64,000 nucleotides of DNA from Thermodesulfovibrionales bacterium. Lineage in GTDB: Bacteria; Nitrospirota; Thermodesulfovibrionia; Thermodesulfovibrionales; UBA6898. The translations under genes and the position numbers were made by a program. The number at the start of each line of letters is the position of its first letter. Position 1 is the stretch's first letter. The notes beneath the pieces were generated by a model, which had not been told where the DNA came from, searched no databases, and saw only the letters and a list, made by a program, of their open reading frames with translations. This document shows positions 10,793 to 19,967 of the stretch, piece by piece. Location of the stretch: contig JBIOIY010000002.1 in NCBI GenBank assembly GCA_044450345.1, positions 128,001-192,000 of the forward strand, given 5' to 3'.

Positions 10793-11469
10793 ACGGCGAG
10801 GCCCGGAAAGAAGACGCGTCGGTGCGTATAGTGGGCAGGGAATTCATTATCGCAGTTGTGGTGGTCTTCTCTTCCCTGAGCTTCACACTCGGTTACTTCG
10901 TCGGCAAGAATAATGCCGAAAAAAAGGCCGAACCGGTTGTCCAAACAGGTCTTAAACCTGCCGATATCGAGCCGCAACAAATCGGGCCTGCGGCTCAGCC
11001 GCAGCCCCCGAGATCCGAACGCCAGGCTGCCGGCGGGGGTATGCCTGTCCAGGACATGACCGCTCAGAAGAATGTCTCTTTGCCTTCGGGAGAGAGTCAT
11101 ATTGAAGGCAAGACCGCCGAAGCGCCAAAAGAAGCAGTAAATGACATATCTAAAGAGGACGCAAAAAAGGAACCGAGAGAGTCATCCCAAACAGACGGCA
11201 AACCGCATGTCAAATCGGGGGCAAACGAGACGGTCTACACCGTGCAGTTGGGCGCATTAAAGAATGCGGGGGAGGCCCGTCAATTAAAGGCCAAATACGC
11301 CAAAAAGGGATACAAAATATATATAACTGCCTTACGAAGCAAAGGCAAGATGAAGATCTACAAAGTGAGGACCGGAGAATTCAGGGAGAAAAAGGACGCC
11401 GAGATTCTGGCCCTTCGACTCAAGAAGAACGAAGGGCTGTCCGCCTTTGTGACAGTGAAAAACGATTAA
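10789..11469 (+). CDS. SPOR-domain membrane-anchored protein
   Basis: N-terminal TM helix, low-complexity linker, C-terminal YTVQLGA...YKVRTG SPOR domain. Confidence 0.85.
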   Translation: MNGEARKEDASVRIVGREFIIAVVVVFSSLSFTLGYFVGKNNAEKKAEPVVQTGLKPADIEPQQIGPAAQPQPPRSERQAAGGGMPVQDMTAQKNVSLPSGESHIEGKTAEAPKEAVNDISKEDAKKEPRESSQTDGKPHVKSGANETVYTVQLGALKNAGEARQLKAKYAKKGYKIYITALRSKGKMKIYKVRTGEFREKKDAEILALRLKKNEGLSAFVTVKND

Positions 11470-11478
11470 GGAGCTTCT

Positions 11479-12450
11479 ACGAATACCACAGTCATAGAAT
11501 TTGAAACTGAAGAAGAGGAATATACCTCTCTCATCACAAATCTCGAAAAAAATCTCAAGGTCATCGAAGAGGCCCTTGACATAAGAGCCAGTTCGAGGGG
11601 GAACAAGATATTCCTCAAGGGAGAAGAAGGAAAAATCAGGACGGCCGAAAAATTCATTCGCGAACTGATGCACCTCGGCAGGGAAATCCCTTCCCTGAGC
11701 CCGGATGATATTCGCCATGCAATCAGGTCCGCTCCCGAGGGGGCCGAGTTGTCTCTGAAAGAACTTTTGCTGGACCATATACCGGTAGCCTCGAAACGGC
11801 GCTTCATCATACCCAAGACAACCACGCAAAAGGCCTATATCGACGCCATACGCAATCACGACATGGTTATAGGGATAGGCCCCGCCGGAACAGGCAAGAC
11901 TTATCTCGCAATGGCAATGGCGATCAGCGCCTTCCTGAAGAAGCAGGTGAGCAGGATAGTGCTGGCACGTCCTGCCATCGAGGCCGGAGAAAAGCTGGGG
12001 TTTCTGCCGGGAGATATGTTCGAAAAGGTCAATCCATATCTCAGGCCGCTTTACGACGCACTCTACGATATGATGGAGGCCGAGAAGGCGTCGCGGCTCA
12101 TTGAACGCGGGGTGATAGAGATAGCGCCTCTTGCCTTTATGAGGGGGAGGACCCTGAATGACTCTTTTATTATCCTTGACGAGGCTCAGAATACGACATC
12201 CGAGCAGATGAAGATGTACCTCACAAGACTTGGGTTTAATTCAAAAACCGTCATTACAGGCGATGTCACGCAGATCGACCTGCCGCCGGGAAAAAGTTCC
12301 GGTCTTGTCGAAGTAGTAAAAATACTTGAGGAAGTCAAAGGAATACGCTTCGTCTTCTTCTCCGAAAAAGACGTCGTCAGACATAAACTGGTGCAGGAGA
12401 TAGTAAGGGCGTACGAAAGATATGAAAAACGGGATCCCGAAGGAGAGTAA
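11479..12450 (+). CDS. phoH: PhoH-family ATPase (YbeZ-like); probable non-canonical ACG start
   Basis: GPAGTGKT, RPAIEAGEKLGFLPG, DEAQN; frame open upstream of ATG 11668 to ACG 11479, which lies 5 nt after AAGGAG. Confidence 0.88.
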   Translation, partial: TNTTVIEFETEEEEYTSLITNLEKNLKVIEEALDIRASSRGNKIFLKGEEGKIRTAEKFIRELMHLGREIPSLSPDDIRHAIRSAPEGAELSLKELLLDHIPVASKRRFIIPKTTTQKAYIDAIRNHDMVIGIGPAGTGKTYLAMAMAISAFLKKQVSRIVLARPAIEAGEKLGFLPGDMFEKVNPYLRPLYDALYDMMEAEKASRLIERGVIEIAPLAFMRGRTLNDSFIILDEAQNTTSEQMKMYLTRLGFNSKTVITGDVTQIDLPPGKSSGLVEVVKILEEVKGIRFVFFSEKDVVRHKLVQEIVRAYERYEKRDPEGE

Positions 12451-13966
12451 ACTTTTCCCCTTAGAATGGGTGTCGAACTGGAGGAGACTGCTCCTGATCG
12501 GCCTCTCTTCATTTGTCGTATCGCTGTCTCTGATGGTCAATCTGAGCCCCTGGAGATTTATCGGAGGGGCTCTCATTGCGTTCGTTCTTCTCGCTATACT
12601 CTACAGGGATATTATGCGTTACAGGCCGGCCTATATCAATAACTACAACATGCTTTTTCTGCTTGGACTGATGATCGTCAGCACACTTGTTATCGGGAGG
12701 TTTTTTGACTATCTCCTGCTGAACCTTTCAAAGGGCATGGGGTCCATAGATGCAGATACCGCGGTTTTCGGCATCCCCATCGCCGCGGGCGCCATGCTTG
12801 TCACTCTACTCTTCGACTTTCACACTGCTATCACATTCTCTTTTACCATAAGTCTGCTCACAGGATACTGGTTGAGCGACCCCTCGTATCCGATCTATAC
12901 GTTTGTCGGCAGCCTCACTGCGGCCTTCAGCGTCATCCGGTGCAAAAAAAGGTCCGCTCTTCTTCGTGGCGGCTTTTATGTGGCGCTTACAAATGTACTC
13001 ATCGCGCTGATACTGCTGATCAGCAAGGGAGATGTCCTTCCGGGAAAGATATTATCATCGGTGATATTTGCGGTCTTTTCGGGCGTTACAGTCTCTTCCA
13101 TCGTATCGTTGTTGCTGCCTTTTCTGGAATACACCTTTAAGGTCACCACCGATATCAGCCTCCTCGAGCTTCTGGACCTCAACCAGCCCCTCATGAAGAC
13201 CCTCATGATAAATGCCCCGGGAACATACCATCACAGCGTCATAGTGGGAAACCTCGTCGAGGCGGCGGCCGAGGCCGTAGGTGTCAACCCGCTTCTTGCA
13301 AGAGTAAGTTCATATTATCACGATATCGGCAAGGTCAAGATGCCGGAGTACTTTATAGAAAATCAGGGCGGTGCCCCGAGCAAACACGACAAGCTCACCC
13401 CCCATATGAGCAGTATGATCATCGTGAACCACGTGAAGGAAGGCGTGGAATTGGCCAGACAATACAAACTCCCGCAGGTGCTTATCGATATTATAAAGCA
13501 GCACCACGGGTCCTCGCTTATCACGTATTTTTACCAGAAGGCAAGGGAGCAAACCGGTGAGCAGCAGTTGTCCATCGCAGAGGATTACAAATATCCAGGA
13601 CCAAAGCCTCAGACCCGCGTTGCCGCACTTGTAATGATGGCAGACGCTGTCGAAGCTTCATCGAGGGTTCTGACTGACCCGACTCCGGCGCGGATATCGG
13701 CCCTTGTAGACAAAATAATCAATCATATATTCCTGGACGGCCAGCTCGATGAGTGCGAACTTACACTCAAGGACATCTCTGAGATAAAGAAGAGGTTTAC
13801 CTACATCCTTACGGGGATTTTCCACAAGAGGATCGACTATCCGGGATTTGATTTCGGTGATGGAAATATACATAAAGAACCTACAAAAGTCGACAAGGCT
13901 GCATCCGCAGAAGATAAGAAGGGACCTCGTCAAGGCGCTCCGATTACTAGGTCTTTCGCGAGCTGA
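12422..13966 (+). CDS. 7TM-HD membrane phosphohydrolase (PgpH/YqfF-like, short form)
   Basis: Multiple TM helices, APGTYHHS, YYHDIGK, QHHG, ADAVEA; conserved position between phoH and ybeY. Confidence 0.88.
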   Translation: MKNGIPKESKLFPLEWVSNWRRLLLIGLSSFVVSLSLMVNLSPWRFIGGALIAFVLLAILYRDIMRYRPAYINNYNMLFLLGLMIVSTLVIGRFFDYLLLNLSKGMGSIDADTAVFGIPIAAGAMLVTLLFDFHTAITFSFTISLLTGYWLSDPSYPIYTFVGSLTAAFSVIRCKKRSALLRGGFYVALTNVLIALILLISKGDVLPGKILSSVIFAVFSGVTVSSIVSLLLPFLEYTFKVTTDISLLELLDLNQPLMKTLMINAPGTYHHSVIVGNLVEAAAEAVGVNPLLARVSSYYHDIGKVKMPEYFIENQGGAPSKHDKLTPHMSSMIIVNHVKEGVELARQYKLPQVLIDIIKQHHGSSLITYFYQKAREQTGEQQLSIAEDYKYPGPKPQTRVAALVMMADAVEASSRVLTDPTPARISALVDKIINHIFLDGQLDECELTLKDISEIKKRFTYILTGIFHKRIDYPGFDFGDGNIHKEPTKVDKAASAEDKKGPRQGAPITRSFAS

Positions 13967-14321
13967 ACTCAGCGTCGTATTCGTGAACAGCGAAAGAATG
14001 AAACGCCTCAACGCCCGTTACCGGGGTGTCGACAGGTCCACAGATGTATTGTCTTTTCCGCTGTCGGTCGGCCGACTTGCGGCGATTGACGAAAAACGGA
14101 GTAACACCCCATTCCCGCTCGGCGATATTGTCATATGCGTACCTATAGCTCTGCTCCAGGCAAAAGAGTACGGCATATCATTTCACGAGGAAACGCAGAG
14201 ACTCCTTGTCCACGGGTTGCTGCATCTGGCCGGCTACGACCATGAATTAAACGCGTATCAAAAGAGGAAGATGGTAAAAAAGGAGGGGGAACTTCTCGAT
14301 GCCCTTACGGCAATGGCTTAA
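13860..14321 (+). CDS. ybeY: rRNA maturation endoribonuclease YbeY
   Basis: TDVLSFP, LGDIVI, HGLLHLAGYDH. Confidence 0.95.
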   Translation: MEIYIKNLQKSTRLHPQKIRRDLVKALRLLGLSRAELSVVFVNSERMKRLNARYRGVDRSTDVLSFPLSVGRLAAIDEKRSNTPFPLGDIVICVPIALLQAKEYGISFHEETQRLLVHGLLHLAGYDHELNAYQKRKMVKKEGELLDALTAMA

Positions 14322-14997
14322 GAGCGCCAACTTCGCAATAGAGGGCATATTGCACGGCGCCCGGACCCAAAGGCATCTCAGGTACCATTTCATATCGGCA
14401 GCCGCGGTTCTGATAGTGAGTTATGTTCTCGGCGTCTCGCGACTGGAATTTATTCTTCTCTCCCTTGCTGTGATCCTCGTCCTGTCTGCAGAGATGCTTA
14501 ACAGCGCAGTCGAAGCAGTTGTTGACCTCTTGTCACCTGATTACACGGAAAAAGCCCGAATCGCAAAAGACATTGCCGCCGGGGCAGTCTTCATTGCCGC
14601 GTTCGGCGCAGCAGTATTAGGCTATGTAATCCTCTTCCCGTATGTAAAGAAAATCTTTTATGATGGTTTTCATGTGGCGAGACACTCAAAGGAGGACATC
14701 TCCCTAATCTCCTTCATTCTCATGTTGATATTCGTGATCATCGCTAAAACTTATTTTGGGAAAGGGCATCCGTTGAAAGGCGGAATGCCTAGCGGCCATT
14801 CGGCACTTGCCTTCTCCGTATGGGTATCCGTAACCTATACTACCGAAAACTTTCTTGCATCGCTCCTCTGTTTTGTCCTGGCGGCGCTGATAGCCCAGAG
14901 CAGGGTGAGTGCGAAGGTGCACAATCAGTGGGAGGTTGTCGCAGGGGCTTTAATGGGAGCCGCCCTCACCTTCCTCCTCTTTAAACTTTTTTCATAA
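14299..14997 (+). CDS. dgkA: diacylglycerol/undecaprenol kinase fused to PAP2 phosphatase domain
   Basis: AEMLNSAVEAVVD...AKDIAAGAV (DgkA) plus MPSGHSA...SRV...H (PAP2). Confidence 0.85.
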   Translation: MPLRQWLKSANFAIEGILHGARTQRHLRYHFISAAAVLIVSYVLGVSRLEFILLSLAVILVLSAEMLNSAVEAVVDLLSPDYTEKARIAKDIAAGAVFIAAFGAAVLGYVILFPYVKKIFYDGFHVARHSKEDISLISFILMLIFVIIAKTYFGKGHPLKGGMPSGHSALAFSVWVSVTYTTENFLASLLCFVLAALIAQSRVSAKVHNQWEVVAGALMGAALTFLLFKLFS

Positions 14998-15009
14998 TGC
15001 ATGAGGGGC

Positions 15010-15043
15010 AAAAAAAAGAGGGAAGGGCAGAACCCTTCCCTTT
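15010..15043. terminator. intrinsic terminator between convergent dgkA and glnA
   Basis: AGGGAAGGG/CCCTTCCCT stem with A and T tracts. Confidence 0.75.
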
Positions 15044-15065
15044 AAGATCACTATTACGGAGAGAG

Positions 15066-16478
15066 TTAAATATCGTAATAGAGGAAAAATTCATACGGAT
15101 GAGGCCTCAACCTTAAGGCATCAACCTCCTTGGACCTCTTATAACTGATCCAGGTTTCCAGCGCGTCTTCGGTAAATACGTTCCCCTTCATTAGGTACTC
15201 GTGGTCGGCTTCAAGGTTATTGAGTGCCTCGTCGAGACTGGCCGGCATAGTAGGCACGGAAGCCAGTTCTTCAGGACCGAGCTCATAGATGTCCTTGTCG
15301 AGCGGTTCTCCCGGATGTATCTTGTTCTCTATACCATCAAGACCGGCCATAAGCATAGCTGCGAACGCAAGGTATCCATTGCAAGACGGGTCGGGGAACC
15401 TCACCTCGGCCCTCTTTGCCTTCGGGCTTGCCGAATACGTAGGTATCCTTACACATGCAGACCGGTTTCTCGCCGAGTATGCCAGGTTCACCGGCGCCTC
15501 AAAGCCAGGCGTCAGCCTCTTGTAAGAATTTGTGGTCGGGTTTGTCAGCGCGGCCAGTGAGGGTGCATGCTTCAGGATTCCGCCGATATAATAAAGCGCC
15601 AAATCGCTCAGACCCGCATATCCGTTGCCCCCGAAAAGGGGCTTATTGCCCTTCCATATGCTCTGATGGACGTGCATTCCCGAACCGTTGTCGCCAAAAA
15701 GCGGCTTCGGCATAAAGGTGACCGTCTTATTATGTCTCTTGGCCACATTCTTGATGATGTATTTGAAAAGCATCAGTTTGTCGGCCATCCTTACAAGCGA
15801 CTCAAACCTCATGTCTATCTCCGCCTGCCCGGCTGTGGCGACCTCATGGTGCTCCTTTTCCACATATATCCCGCACTTCAACATCTCCATGACCATCTCG
15901 GTCCTGAGATTCACCAGGCTGTCCGTCGGAGGTACCGGGAAATATCCCTCCTTGTGTCTCGGCTTGTACCCGAGATTTGGGTTTTCGTCCCGGCCCGAGT
16001 TCCAGATGCCTTCCACAGAATCGAGGAAATAGTAGCCGCTGTGCGAATTCTGGTCGAACTGGATATTGTCGAAGATGAAAAACTCGGCCTCAGGCCCGAA
16101 GTACGCGGTGTCGCCCAGCTTAGTTGATTTCAGGTAATTCTCTGCCTTTTGGGCTATGAACCGGGGGTCACGGGTATAATATTCCTTTGTGATGGGGTCC
16201 ACGATATTGCAGATCAGGCTGATAGTGGGATACTCCATAAATGGGTCCATAAATGCCGTCTCCGCATCGGGTATGACCAGCATGTCCGAGGTATGGATCG
16301 CCTGCCAGCCCCTGATCGAAGAACCGTCGAAACCCAGTCCCTCCTCGAAGATCTCTTCCTTCAGCTCAGCTATCGGTGCTGCAAAATGCTGCCAGATGCC
16401 GGGAAAATCGAGGAACTTGAAATTGACCATCACCGCCTTGTTTTCCTGCGCTAACTTGATTACGTCCTTTGTTGTCAT
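15066..16478 (-). CDS. glnA: glutamine synthetase type I
   Basis: [53 protein letters not shown] adenylylation motif. Confidence 0.98.
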   Translation of the reverse strand: MTTKDVIKLAQENKAVMVNFKFLDFPGIWQHFAAPIAELKEEIFEEGLGFDGSSIRGWQAIHTSDMLVIPDAETAFMDPFMEYPTISLICNIVDPITKEYYTRDPRFIAQKAENYLKSTKLGDTAYFGPEAEFFIFDNIQFDQNSHSGYYFLDSVEGIWNSGRDENPNLGYKPRHKEGYFPVPPTDSLVNLRTEMVMEMLKCGIYVEKEHHEVATAGQAEIDMRFESLVRMADKLMLFKYIIKNVAKRHNKTVTFMPKPLFGDNGSGMHVHQSIWKGNKPLFGGNGYAGLSDLALYYIGGILKHAPSLAALTNPTTNSYKRLTPGFEAPVNLAYSARNRSACVRIPTYSASPKAKRAEVRFPDPSCNGYLAFAAMLMAGLDGIENKIHPGEPLDKDIYELGPEELASVPTMPASLDEALNNLEADHEYLMKGNVFTEDALETWISYKRSKEVDALRLRPHPYEFFLYYDI

Positions 16479-16599
16479 CTCTTCTCCTTTTTTAAAATAA
16501 AGTTATTGGAGCCTGGTGAATGGGGTTGACATCAAATCAGGTACCCACTCCCTTCTCTACTAATCTCGAAAAAAAAACTCTAATCCCTGTCTTTGTCTT

Positions 16600-16941
<342 letters not shown>

Positions 16942-17670
16942 TCACCTCCTATTCCCTATTATGAATCCGTCCCTAAAAAAGCCTTTGTAAAAATTCAACG
17001 CCCGCTGATGGTAGTCGTCATAATACTGTTCGGTATCCCCGACTATACCGCCCATATCGACCGGCTCATCCTTCAGCCAGTCGTAGACCATCTCTTTCCT
17101 GACCTCGATATGGAACTGAAACGCATACGCATTGTTCCCGTACCTGAATGCCTGGTTTGGGTATAACGCCGATTTCGCAAGCCTGACAGCGCCGCTCGGC
17201 AGATCGAAGGTCTCGCCATGCCAATGAAAAACCTTGAACCTTTTCCAAAAATCCCCGGCCTTCGGGTGAACGGCCATCTTTGTCATCAGCGAATCCCTGA
17301 CGCCCTCCTCCTGGAGTTCGATGTCCAACCAGCCGACCTCTTTCTCCGGTCCGCGATAAACCCTTGCCCCGAGCGCACTGGCCATTATCTGCGCGCCGAG
17401 ACAGACGCCCAATACCTTTTTCCCCTCCCGGATAAAATCCCGCACAAGCTCGACCTCTCTCCTAATATAAGGATAAATGTCAGATTCATTGACGCTCATG
17501 GATCCTCCCATGATTACCAGTGTATCCGCCTTTTCAGTTGAAGGCAACTCCTCGGTAGCAAGATCGACTATACTGTAATCAATCCCTTCTCCCCGGAGGT
17601 GGTCTTCTATAGTACCGGGGCCCTCTGAGGATACATTTTTCAGGATAAGCACACTCACGAATCTTGACAT
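16942..17670 (-). CDS. type 1 glutamine amidotransferase (start may be GTG at 17658)
   Basis: GVCLGAQ nucleophile, HWHGETF, QFHIE. Confidence 0.88.
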   Translation of the reverse strand: MSRFVSVLILKNVSSEGPGTIEDHLRGEGIDYSIVDLATEELPSTEKADTLVIMGGSMSVNESDIYPYIRREVELVRDFIREGKKVLGVCLGAQIMASALGARVYRGPEKEVGWLDIELQEEGVRDSLMTKMAVHPKAGDFWKRFKVFHWHGETFDLPSGAVRLAKSALYPNQAFRYGNNAYAFQFHIEVRKEMVYDWLKDEPVDMGGIVGDTEQYYDDYHQRALNFYKGFFRDGFIIGNRR

Positions 17671-17686
17671 AACAAGAAACTTGCCA
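17671..17686 (-). promoter_or_regulatory. candidate sigma54 -24/-12 promoter of the GATase-glnB-glnA operon
   Basis: TGGCAAGTTTCTTGTT versus consensus TGGCAC-N5-TTGC. Confidence 0.55.
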
Positions 17687-17737
17687 GAAATATCATCTTG
17701 GAAATAAAAGGTTTTTCAGGGCAGTTGTCGGGCGGAT

Positions 17738-17775
17738 TGCCTAGTTCTTAATCAGTGCTGCCCAAAAAGAAGGCA
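17738..17775. promoter_or_regulatory. two tandem 17-bp NtrC-like enhancer sites
   Basis: TGCCTAGTTCTTAATCA and TGCCCAAAAAGAAGGCA, 21 bp apart, about 80-115 bp upstream of the predicted sigma54 start. Confidence 0.4.
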
Positions 17776-17780
17776 GATTC

Positions 17781-17813
17781 AAAAAAAAAGAGGTTCCGGA
17801 ATCCGGAACCTCT
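17781..17813 (-). terminator. intrinsic terminator of the 17837-18211 gene
   Basis: AGAGGTTCCGG/CCGGAACCTCT stem followed by a T-run on the minus strand. Confidence 0.85.
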
Positions 17814-17836
17814 CGGTCTCGATATACTATGCTCCG

Positions 17837-18211
17837 TTATTCCTTATCCCGCCGGTTCTTTTCCGGTTCATTTTCCGAAGGCCCCTCTTTTTTCTTCTGG
17901 CCAGCGAGATAGGACTCACTGGGCCTCCATCCGAAGGACGCTCTGCTCTTTGCCGAACTGAACGCCATCTGCGCCGCCTTCTGGAGAACCACCTTTATGA
18001 GCATAGCTATTCCGATGAAGGGCAGAAAAGCGGCATACAAAAGACCAATTATCGGGCCAAGAACGATGATTCCCGTGGCAGGAAGTCTAAAATATACTGT
18101 CCTTTTGCCGCCCGGAAGCACGCCCTCATCACTCACGTCAATCCTTTCGCCGTTGGCGAAATTCCAGTATGTTCCTTTTCCTACTTTGCTGCCGGCGTTG
18201 TACCTTAACAT
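17837..18211 (-). CDS. hypothetical membrane protein
   Basis: 124-aa ORF with AGGAGG RBS, own terminator, hydrophobic hairpin (LLYAAFLPFIGIAM). Confidence 0.75.
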   Translation of the reverse strand: MLRYNAGSKVGKGTYWNFANGERIDVSDEGVLPGGKRTVYFRLPATGIIVLGPIIGLLYAAFLPFIGIAMLIKVVLQKAAQMAFSSAKSRASFGWRPSESYLAGQKKKEGPSENEPEKNRRDKE

Positions 18212-18386
18212 TTTCGTATCCTCCTTTATTCTTTTTCTCTCTTCTTGATTTAAGCATAATCCAATGTCCCTTCCGGCACAATGAGAAGATGTTCCTATTC
18301 GGGAGGGAATGTGTTCCTAGTGCCAAAGGTGTTTTTTGACCATCAAGACCGATAATTGTTATATAATTTATATGTGAAAAGGGACT

Positions 18387-19913
18387 GTGATGCAAAAAGA
18401 CTATAAAACAATAGAACTTACGGCATTATATGAGATAAGCAAACTTCTCGGGTCGTCTCTTAACCTAAAGTCTAACCTCAGGGGAGTCATACGCGTCTTA
18501 TCCGAATACCTCAATATGAACAGGGGGACTGTGGCCCTTCGCGATGGAAACGAGGTATCGATCGTTGCGGCCCACGGAATGAGCGAGGAGGAAATAAGAA
18601 AGGGCAGATACAAGCTCGGGGAAGGCATAATCGGCAGGGTGGCGAAACTCGGGTCTCCTATCGTCATCCCGAACATAGGCGATGAACCGCTGTTTCTCAA
18701 TAAAACAGGCGCCAGAAAGATGATTAGGCGTGAGAGCGTCTCCTTCCTCTGCGTGCCTATCAAGTTCAAGAGCGAAGTCCTCGGAGTATTGAGCGTGGAC
18801 AGGCTCTTCGAAACAAAAGGGGTATCCTTTGAGGAGGACCTACGGCTGCTAAAGATCATCGCATCTCTTATGGCGCAGTCAGTGAAGTTGCACATGGAGT
18901 TAGAGAGGGAAAGGGTGGCATTCCTAGAAGAGAAAGAAAGTCTCACTCAACAACTGAAGGGACGATATAGGGTTGAGAATATCATCGGCCAATCGGACAG
19001 CATGCAGGAGGTCTTTGAGGCCATTCATAAAGTTGCGCCCGCCAAAGCGACCGTCCTTCTCAGGGGCGAAAGCGGAACAGGCAAAGAGCTTGTGGCAAAG
19101 GCGATCCATTTTATGAGTCCCAGGGCCAAGGAGCCCTTCATCAAATTTAACTGCGCGTCGATCCCTGAAGGGCTTCTCGAATCCGAACTCTTCGGCCATG
19201 AAAAGGGGGCCTTCACGGGCGCGCTGTCCATGAGGAAAGGCCGTTTCGAACTGGCGGACAAGGGGACCATTTTCCTTGACGAAATCGGCGACTTGCCCCT
19301 GACGCTCCAACCAAAAATACTGCGGGTGCTTCAGGAAAAAGAGTTCGAGAGAGTGGGTGGAGAAAAAACAATTAAAGTAAGCGTAAGACTGATTGCAGCT
19401 ACAAGCAGGGACCTTGAAGCACATGTCTCGGCTGGGAAATTCAGGGAAGACCTTTACTACCGTCTCAACGTTGTCCCTATCTATTTACCGCCCCTGAAAC
19501 AAAGGCGGGTTGATATCCCTGTCCTTGCAGAGTACTTCCTGAAGAAATATAACGAAGAGAACAACAAATCGGCCAAAATCATACCTGAAGTTCTTGATGC
19601 CCTCGTCGAATATGAATGGCCTGGGAACGTCAGAGAGTTGGAAAATACGATTGAAAGACTGGTAGTAATGTCATCAAGAAAGGTCATCGCCCTTTCCGAC
19701 CTTCCACTCACCATACGCGATCAGCCAATAAAGGCGGCCCGCACAGTATTGATGAAAAACGCGCTCCCTGCTGCAGTTGCGGATATTGAAAAAGAGAAGA
19801 TCGCAGATGCCCTGAAAAAAACCGGCTGGGTTCAGGCAAAGGCCGCAAGACTTCTCGGCATAACTCCCAGGCAGATAGGGTATAAGATGAAGAGATACCG
19901 CATAGAAGAATAG
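18387..19913 (+). CDS. nifA: NifA-like sigma54 enhancer-binding protein (GAF-AAA+-HTH)
   Basis: GESGTGKE, ESELFGHEKGAFTGA, WPGNVRELEN, NifA-type HTH GWVQAKAARLLGITPRQIGY. Confidence 0.8.
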   Translation: MMQKDYKTIELTALYEISKLLGSSLNLKSNLRGVIRVLSEYLNMNRGTVALRDGNEVSIVAAHGMSEEEIRKGRYKLGEGIIGRVAKLGSPIVIPNIGDEPLFLNKTGARKMIRRESVSFLCVPIKFKSEVLGVLSVDRLFETKGVSFEEDLRLLKIIASLMAQSVKLHMELERERVAFLEEKESLTQQLKGRYRVENIIGQSDSMQEVFEAIHKVAPAKATVLLRGESGTGKELVAKAIHFMSPRAKEPFIKFNCASIPEGLLESELFGHEKGAFTGALSMRKGRFELADKGTIFLDEIGDLPLTLQPKILRVLQEKEFERVGGEKTIKVSVRLIAATSRDLEAHVSAGKFREDLYYRLNVVPIYLPPLKQRRVDIPVLAEYFLKKYNEENNKSAKIIPEVLDALVEYEWPGNVRELENTIERLVVMSSRKVIALSDLPLTIRDQPIKAARTVLMKNALPAAVADIEKEKIADALKKTGWVQAKAARLLGITPRQIGYKMKRYRIEE

Positions 19914-19927
19914 AATCGACCCGGCTT

Positions 19928-19957
19928 CCGCGGCCGGATTTGCCGGCCGCGGGTTTT
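19928..19957. terminator. GC-rich hairpin between convergent nifA-like and degQ genes
   Basis: CCGCGGCCGG/CCGGCCGCGG stem followed by TTTT. Confidence 0.7.
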
Positions 19958-19967
19958 GCAACAGCTA

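Noticed and set aside
11467..11469. SPOR-PhoH fusion by stop read-through (same frame)
   Set aside because: The stop is TAA, the domains belong to different compartments, and an SD follows directly
18310..18325. TTGGCAC sigma54 -24 box on the minus strand upstream of the 124-aa gene
   Set aside because: The -12 position reads ACAC rather than TTGC
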